Assembly: GCA_043228905.1 (NCBI GenBank)
Contig: JBHGNT010000011.1
Coordinates: 17,546,001 to 17,610,000, forward strand
Length of the DNA stretch: 64,000 nt
DNA from: Azolla caroliniana
Taxonomy: Eukaryota > Plantae > Polypodiophyta
Direction: 5' to 3'
The notes beneath the pieces are model-generated. The model ran no database searches and had not been told where the DNA came from. It was given only the letters and a program-made list of their open reading frames with translations. A program made the translations under genes and the position numbers. This document shows, one piece after another, positions 51,725-64,000 of this stretch; within the stretch, counting starts at the first letter, position 1; each line of letters opens with the position of its first letter.

Positions 51725-51808
51725 CACACTCACACACACAGCCATACTCACTCACTCGCTCACACTACATAATGTACATATGTATATGCATACATACATA
51801 TATATATA
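50810..51808. repeat. 1-kb CA/CT microsatellite mosaic followed by a 6-copy minisatellite
   Basis: (CA)n/(CT)n/CATTCACT mosaic to about 51330. Units starting CAGCCATACTCACTC follow at 51331, 51393, 51471, 51553, 51637 and 51739. Confidence 0.95.
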
Positions 51809-51809
51809 A

Positions 51810-55773
<3,964 letters not shown>

Positions 55774-57170
55774 TCATCAATTCCTCAATAAGCTTTTCAA
55801 AAGATGGTGATGACCAGTCACACTCCATGGCTTGAACTGAACTTGTAACTCTTCGAGTTCACATAATTCTGCCTCGGAGATTTACAGAACATTTGTGTAA
55901 TTTTATAATGTATCACAGATTCATGAAATCTTATGAAATTTTTGTTATGGTACGTTATGGGGATTCCAGTGTTTGCATTTCACCTCAAATGTTTTGAAGG
56001 TACGTTGAGGCATTTGCAAACTTCATCTTACTCTTCCAATTATAAGAGAGTTTCAACATTTCTTCATCTGCATGCTTCCAGCTCTTTGATTTTCCCTCAA
56101 TGAATATGTTGCAACCTCATGCGAAGGGCAAGTGTTGGAGCTCCAAACTTAATGCTTATTGGGTGGGATGGCACCTTGATGAATATCAAAAAATTCCAAA
56201 ACTTATGGGTATGGCTTCCTTTTTCAGCTAAATATTGGCTCCAGTGGGAGATTGCCTTCAATTTTTGGACGAGTGCTTTCAAGTTTATGCTTATGAGGAA
56301 CCTGAAATGCATTGCATCGATTCATGAGAAGATATCTATCAGACGAAACTTGGAGTCAACCATTTTCAAAGCAATAAATAAAAGGATGGGTGTGATCATA
56401 GATTCTAGGAGAATTCACAAATAACACTGCAGCTCAATAAAATTGGAGCTTTTCATTTGCCCGAAAACAATTATCTTATTGACACCTCACCAATCACGCA
56501 CACCATGTACAGTGAATTTTTGCAAGCAAAAATAGTTAAAGTAGGCTAAACTTGTTAGGACCATTTTCTATATCATGTTTATTTTCATTCCCAATCAAAG
56601 CTATCAAAAATGCACCTTGCTACTTGAACCACCTCATGTTTTTTTGAAAAATAACAGAATTTCTCAATGACATTCACAAGAATCATAAATTCAACACAGC
56701 AAGAATACAAGGCTATACAACTAATGCTATTTTCAATGGCCATGAGATAGTATATGCATATCTACAAATGCAATCCAAAAATAAATGAATAAATATACAG
56801 GATGTGCATGTGTGTGTATATCTAATTGCATTGTTCGTAAAGAAAGAAAAAGTATTTTACCTTAAACTTTCAAATATTGTTACTGCACATATATATGTAT
56901 ATATAGAGGCCATGTCATGTTTCACATGGTTTCTAGATCTATACAAATAATAAAACCCTCGTAGTAAAAGAGTAGCTCGTATAATATGAAACAAGTCTCC
57001 CTAAAGAGATATGGGCAGCTAAGTAAGAGCCTGTTGCGTGCTTTGTAGATCTGTACATATAATACAAACAAGAAAGCCTCCTGATTGAAATACTGATAGC
57101 AAATAGGTAAAACCATGATGACAATAACATATTCTTTGAAGTTATTTACATTTGAGAGCTCATTTCCTGC

Positions 57171-60100
57171 TTAATGCTGTTTACCATGGCCTGAACCAGG
57201 TGATCCTGCAACATAGAACATACACACATATGACTCCATATATTTATGTACTTTCATGAAACACACTCAAACGAACCCTTTAGACTTTGCCATGTTCAAT
57301 TGGATAATTTGGTTGAGTTTGTGATGGATATCCTGTACATAGAGAAAAGCAATTATATCAGGTTACTATTTCTCATCGTTTAGGGCAAAATCTCAATGTC
57401 AAGGGTAGGGTGAGATTCCACTCTTACCATATTCTACTGGATAGTGCGGCCGAGGATGCGATGGATATTCTGTCCATATAAAAGATTGTAATTTTAAAAC
57501 CCATACTATTTTCCTTCCATTTGTGCAAAAAAACTGATGTGAAGGTAAAGTTTCTTCTATTTACCTTGGGGATATCCGTGTGGAGATGCAGGAGGATATC
57601 CATGTGGAGATGGAGTTGGATATCCATGTGGAGATGGAGTGGGATATCCGTGTGGAAATGGAGGAGGATATCCGTATGGTGATGGAGGAGGATATCCGTG
57701 TGGCGATGGAGGATATCCGTGTGGAGATGGAGGATAACTGTGTGGAGATGGAGGAGGATATTCTTGTGGATATCCTTGTGGTGCAGGATAGCTTTGGAAA
57801 GCTGGGGAGTAACCATATGGCCCTGGAGAATATCCATGTGCAGCTTCTGGGGGATGACCATAAGGTGGTGGGGGTGGATATTGTGGATGATAGCCATGCA
57901 GTGGGAGTTGACTGTAAGTAACATGAGAATCATGAGATTTGTGCTTTTCTTTGTCTTTCTTGTCCTTTTTCTCTTTGTGTTTTTTCTCTTTGTCTTTGCC
58001 TTTGTCTTTGTGTTTTTTGTCTTTCTCCTTGTGGTCTTTGTCCTTGCCCTTGTTCTTGAGGTCTTTGTGCTTTTTGTCTTTGTCCTTGTGGTCTTTGTCT
58101 TTGCCCTTGTCAAAGACTCTTTCATTAGACACGGGTGTTATTGCTTCACCCATATGACTACTTCCTTTCTCTAGTGCAGAAGGATATGATGGTGAATAAC
58201 CAACATCAAGTGGTTGATGTCCCCCTTCTTGAGGGTGCAATGGTGGATAGTGATAACTTCCATCAGGTGGAGGATATCGTTGATAACCCATATCATTATT
58301 AGTGTGTAATTGGGCATACATGTTATTTGTTTTATCAGGAGGATAAGATTCTTTACTCAAAGGATATGACGGAATGATGTCAACCTGAGCAGTTGGATAA
58401 GATGGATAACTGCCATGAGAAGTATAATCTGAAGTTGAACTTTGATAGCCCAGATAGGTCTTTTTATTCATTAGTGCCGATGTTGGTTGATATGAAGTAT
58501 AGTCTGAGCTAGAAAAACTAGGGTAAGATAAGTTTTTCACATTACCATCCTCGATATAAGGAGGGGCGGAAGCTGTGAAATTAGTTGTAGAATCTCTGTA
58601 CTGTACAGATGTTTTTTCCTCCACACTCAACTGCATCATAACATTACTTAAAGCGTCCAACTTACTATATTCAGTGTCATTGTTTTTGGCCTGCACATCA
58701 CTATCACTCACACTATATTCGTACACTTCTGAAACCTTTCCTTTGTTGGTGATTGCTTTCAAAGGCTTCTGTGGAATAGTCAGTCAAACATTTAGCATCA
58801 ATCAAGAGAATCCAAAGGCTTCTGTTTTAGGAAATGCAGAAAATATATAGGATCACAGTGAAACTTTTGATGTATTTTATGCTATACAAACCGATCCTAC
58901 TTAAACTAGATTTAGCTGTATTTCATTTCATAATTTGTTCAAACCTGCAAAACTGGATCCCACTTCCAAGCAACTTTTACTATCCCCGTCTCAACCATGT
59001 GGGGATTGATCAGAGCACTTAATGTGGCTTCATCCTTTCCAACCATACTAAATATAGGTATCCTACAAGAACACAAAATTTTTAGTTACTTTTACCAAGT
59101 TAATGTGACTTCTCTGAACATGATGTTTTAAAAAACACTATAAAAAGTCGTTCACTTACTTTGCAATGCCCAAAAGATCATTGGCTTCGTTTCTTGCACT
59201 GAAAACCTGCACCACCAGTTCTTTGGAAATGGCTTCTTCTTCTTCTTTGAGATTGAGTGTGAATGTCTCATTCCATACTGGAAGCCTTCCTTGATCTGAA
59301 ACCAAGACATGTAGCTAAGTAGAGTTTTCCTAGAGATTCAACAGAAACACGCTAACAAAAAGTAGATTTTATTCAATTCATACCTTTGGCAGTTTTGGTG
59401 CGATATTGATGTTTGCTGCATCTTAATATAGCATAAGCATCACTGGGTTCTGCCACATGAACAAGAACAAAAAGCAATCAGAAGAGTTATAAGCCCCAAA
59501 ATACTAGTTGATTCTTTTCTCAATGGGCATTATCAAATATATAAAAAAGAACTTTTCTTTACAAATAGATTTGTGGTTTTGACATAAAAAGAAAACAAGG
59601 GGACTCATCATTTTTGAGGTAAACATAAAGTTGCCTTTGATTCATAAGGCATTATCTAATTTAAAGAGGGAAACCAGTTATTGGGCATCCTTGATAAGCT
59701 ACATAGGTGTCACCAATTTTGACTTGAAAACAACCTTGAATAGACATGAATGTGAAACTCGGAGAGGACCCAAATATGTATCATAAAATCTCTAAAAATA
59801 TGGAAATCCTGTTATTTGGATACACATAGCATTAATTAATGGAGCTGATAAATCATAAAACCATTGTTAGCCTAATAAATCTCATTAATTGATATTGTGC
59901 TTATTATAACATAGTGTACCATAGAAGGATATTGTGCTTATGCATAGAACATAGTGTACCGTAAATTATCGCTGACCTCCTCTTCTTCACTAATTTCTCA
60001 CTGACCTTTTCTTAATTATTTCTTTAAGTTCGAATAACTAGTTAAATTAGATGGATCAAAATCTCATTAGAACTTAGGATTTGCTCACAAGAATTCAGTT

Positions 60101-60794
60101 GGGTGGAGAATTATTATCTCTGGCCTTTTCTTCTCACTAGTATTTTCTTAATTATTTATTAATTTTCATTAAAGTGTTAGTTAGATGCATTGGAAGTGAT
60201 TACTCACATATCATGCTCCAATTATAACCATGACACATATTTATTAAATCTTACAAATTTTCCTCTCTATTCACTACTCTTATCTCATAGTTCTGCCAAC
60301 TATTCTTACTATTCAGGCTTCTCTCTGTTGTTAGGCACCTACGTCAGTAATTCACCAAAATGCCTATCCAGTTGTAAATAACTCTGAAAGAAGTATATCA
60401 AATTTCTACTACACCCTATCAGAATTTTTCTTAAACTCTAAACTCTAACCCTAAATTTCAACCTCTAAACTTTAAACCCTAATCTTACATATTCTTACGA
60501 AAGCATATGAAATCTAATAGACTTTGCACCAGATCACGGTGACGTTCATCTGATAAATCCCATATTATAAATCAGACAATGAAAGGAAGTCGTGACGCTA
60601 TCATCGTCATATTCTAATTAACTTCTTCAGCCCTTGCATAGAGTGACATAAAATCTAATCGAAATAGACAAACCAGAAACAAACACTGATAATAGCTGAT
60701 TCAGAGAACTGGGATAGTAGAGCACACCTGAATCAAAGGTAGCGTGAGGGGGAAAAGAAGCAGAAACGATGGAGATCTCTACTGTTCCAGACAT
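57171..60794 (-). CDS. C2-domain protein with a Lys/Asp/His-rich block and a GYPP-repeat tail
   Basis: Exons 60728-60794, 59384-59449, 59160-59295, 58945-59062 and 57565-58768, then probable short exons 57291-57332 and 57171-57205. C2 motifs VEISIVSA, SDAYAIL, RTKT, PVWNETF and DLLGIAKIP. The 3' end is uncertain, with possible stops at 57557, 57280 or 57171. Confidence 0.85.
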
Positions 60795-62969
60795 TTCTTC
60801 TTCTCTTCTCCGTGACTCGTGTGTCTGTGACTTCGTGTCATTGACTTGACTCTTTTTCTTTCTTCTGTCTTTTTGGGGGCTAAGAATGTAAATTTGAGAA
60901 ATGTTTTTTCCCATTGCGTTTATATCTCTTCTAAGTTCTACTCTTGCTTGTGCTCTCATATTTCTCTAATTCATCTTCGAGACCCTCGGAACTATTCAAT
61001 GTTTTTGTTACGTTATCTTTCGGCATTCGGGATATTACAGCACCCCTTGATATATCATTCAAGAAACAATCTCATATAGCCTCTCTGTTCTGCTAATCTC
61101 CATTCCTTGTATTTCCGCTTGATTTGGCTTTTGTTTGCCTATCCTACATGCATGTGTCTTACTTAGTTTTGAGAAAATGGTGCCTGCGTTTGCCTAGACC
61201 CTCGGAAGTTTTTATGTCGTGTTTAGTTTTTGCATGCCTGCACGGCCCCAATCCTAGTGTTTTGAAACATGATGCCTTGATCCTAGTTTTCCAATCTCTT
61301 GATTTCATTACTACATTTGTATACTCGTTTGATGCCTTTCTTAGAGTTCAAGACCATGATCCATCACTCAACCTGAATCCTTGTAAGTTTTTGTTTACGC
61401 CTATAACATGTCCGTCCTTGAGTTTCAAGGAAATGGTGCCATGAAAAAAAATACCCTCTATTACCGTCCTTTTCTGTTTGCCCATCTTAGTTGGAATGCT
61501 CAATGAAGTTGTGCCTTCATTCCTAAAACCCGCACAAGTTTTTGTAGTGTCCAATAGGTTGTTCGTTCATCTTCATGTTCTAGAAAATAGAACCCTTGTG
61601 TACATGTACAAGATAGCAAGCAAGGGTACCTTTAGTGACATGATTCAATGAACAAAACCTTTAATTCATTAGGTTTCTAACTAGTTAGTATGATTTTGAA
61701 CGCACAATGCAAGTTCTAGTATTCAAGGATAATATAACAAAAATACAAGAGTACGATACTCATTAATGCAGGCTAAATATCTTTCTGCAATAATTTAGAA
61801 CACATGTTGCAAATTCAGTACTTTACAATGATGATGTGCTTTATTAAAGGGCGTGGTAAGGTTTAAAGAGGAAAGGTAACTGCATACTAACATTTTATAG
61901 ACTTAATATTTGTTAGGATGTTAAAGAAAATATACTTCAACTGTAACATTTGTTAGTGCGTAAAAGAAAATATACTTCAACCGTGTACATACTTTAGGAA
62001 CCATATCATACCCAAGTTTTAGTTTGACTGCATCACATGCATGCCAAGGTTGTAAATCCATTTTTAGGAGCAAATGGTTGTGAACATGATCTGAGACAAA
62101 ACTTATGGAGAGGTTCAACAGAAAAAATCGATACACGTTAACAAAAACCATAGAACTACCAAACTCGATACTTAAAATGTATCCCTATTTGAATGACATC
62201 ACCTACCAACCACCCCAAACATATGAGTTGACAAAACGAAAGATGCAAATGTTTCGATCCTAAAATATATTCCAGAAACCACCATTCACGAATGTCATTA
62301 AAATTAGAAATCCTATTATCCTGTGAAATCCTATTATAAAAATGAACTTGATGATGTAAATGATATACATGCCCTCAATAGAATATTAAAATATACACAA
62401 CAATTCCCAAGATATCACTGACTTTTAATATCTTACAAAACTCACAAGATATGACTCAACCCTTAGTAACGTAATATCTTAACAAAACTCAAGAGTTCAA
62501 ATAAGTTTGAGATTCAAACCAAGAATGCAATTGCAAGTTCCAAAATTTAAACACCCATAAATCTTTACGAGTTACTTCCTGAATGACAACATGTTTATGA
62601 ATCATACTCCACTATTTTTACCATTTCACTTGTTCGAACATAATATACCCTTATTGTTGTAGGGACAATAAGATCAATTTACTAAAGGAAAGAAACCAAG
62701 AATCAGTTGAAGCTTCAACATATAGAAGAAGAGAACAAGAACAATGCATGAGCTCTCTATGCAAAAAAATGTTTTTGATACAGTCACTTCTCAATACAGA
62801 ATGTCAAAGTCCTCTCTCGCCTCTTATTCTCCCTGCTCTATAAAACAAAGCTTTTGGCATTCTTATCTTTAAAAGATGCTATGGTGTGGAGATATCGAGT
62901 GGGTGGTTATTCTTCCATATGTAACAAACTTTTGAATAAAGAGGACAGTGGTTGTGATCAGAAAAAAAC

Positions 62970-63491
62970 TTACTCGAGCCTCGGTTTTGTGCTCTCGTGA
63001 GTCACACCCTTGAATTCATTCCTCTCATCAGGATTAGGAATGGAAGAGAACTTCAGAACTTTCTCAAGTAGAGTTGCATCGACATTGTATTTCTTGGCAA
63101 GGCCTTTCACATCCATAGCCTTTTCCCCTTCTAGTAATCCTTGGTAGGAAAGAAAAACTTGCTTTATATGGCCCGCATTTAGCTTACCTGGAGGAACATT
63201 GTTGTTTTCAGTGGGTGTTGATCCTTTGCTTTGTCTACTCTTTGGTAGCGGACGCCTAAAATGGAGGTGGTCCTGAAGTAAGACCATTTACTTGTTTACT
63301 TTATGCTTTGAAAAAGCAAATAGAAAAATATTGAGAAATCTTATGTTCTTTATGTTTTGTTTTTACCTCAGTCATTCCCTTTGTTCTGTCTTGTTTTGCA
63401 ACCACACTGCCGGCCAATTCTTTCACCATTGCTGAATACATGGGATCAGATTTGTTCCACTCCCTATCATCGGGTGAACCCATGTTTAGAT
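62970..63491 (-). CDS. 3' exons of an At3g21400-like protein (possibly NDUFAF4-related); 5' end not found in the window
   Basis: Exons 63367-63491 (DPMYSAMVKELAGSV...) and 62970-63272 (RPLPKSR...VPPGKLNAGHIKQVFLSYQG...MDVKGLAKKYNVD...VLKFSSIP), GT-AG and in frame. Confidence 0.75.
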
Positions 63492-64000
63492 CTACAAGTC
63501 AAGTATTTTTTGATGAATCATTGGCAATTCTCCTAATTGAAATTTAGATCCTTCATCCAAGTTAAAATTTTTAAAAACTAGTAGGATGGTCAGTATGTTG
63601 AATAAAGAAAAGTAGGATATTACAATGGTGCAATGGACTGGTATAGCATTCTCCTGCCTTACCCTAATTAGTGTGAAAGACGCACAATCAGAATAGAATA
63701 GATCAAATATGCTCAAATTAAGAAAGAGAAATAAATGTGAAATGACATGCATCTTTAATAGAAGAACTTAAAATCCAGAATCACTCGATAATATGAACGA
63801 AAACAGAATTGGAAAGGGAAATTTCAAATTTGGAAGACAAATAGGAAATCCAAAAACGGCATTGAAAAAAATACTATTTCAATGAAGAAAATAGAACTAG
63901 CCATTTGGAATCAAGATAATATGGCTTATAAACATCCAGAACTTTAAATACATTATGATCAATGAGGAAATAGTAAAAAGAAACAGAACACGCACATTGC

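Noticed and set aside
50759-51809. His/Thr/Leu/Ser-rich ORFs
   Set aside because: These are translations of CA/CT microsatellite.
57424-58174. Several long overlapping ORFs in other frames and strands
   Set aside because: These are shadows of the repetitive C2-gene exon.

Overview
Gene-rich, AT-rich eukaryotic nuclear DNA from a land plant. A seed-free vascular plant such as a fern is inferred from an RTEX-like LINE fragment and the style of the copia gag and type I MADS sequences. Gene models were built by hand from GT-AG splice sites and reading frames. They are: an intact 6-exon annexin (ANN5-like, minus strand) with a frameshifted annexin paralog at the left edge and a third, heavily deleted copy at about 15 kb; a 3-exon profilin; a decayed multi-exon gene at 21-24 kb; two intronless, divergently oriented paralogs of a polytopic membrane protein; an 8-exon F-box/LRR gene; an unusually long intronless 877-aa type I MADS-box gene with two tandem-repeat arrays upstream; a 5-exon F-box gene of the At2g26850/At2g32560 type; a NUDX1-like Nudix hydrolase behind a 1-kb microsatellite/minisatellite block; a C2-domain protein with a GYPP-repeat tail; and the 3' end of an At3g21400-like gene. 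Intergenic DNA holds copia, LINE and tRNA-SINE remnants, local duplications and hairpins. No rRNA, true tRNA or CRISPR was found. The most unusual element is the MADS locus. All family names come from motif recognition, not from database searches.
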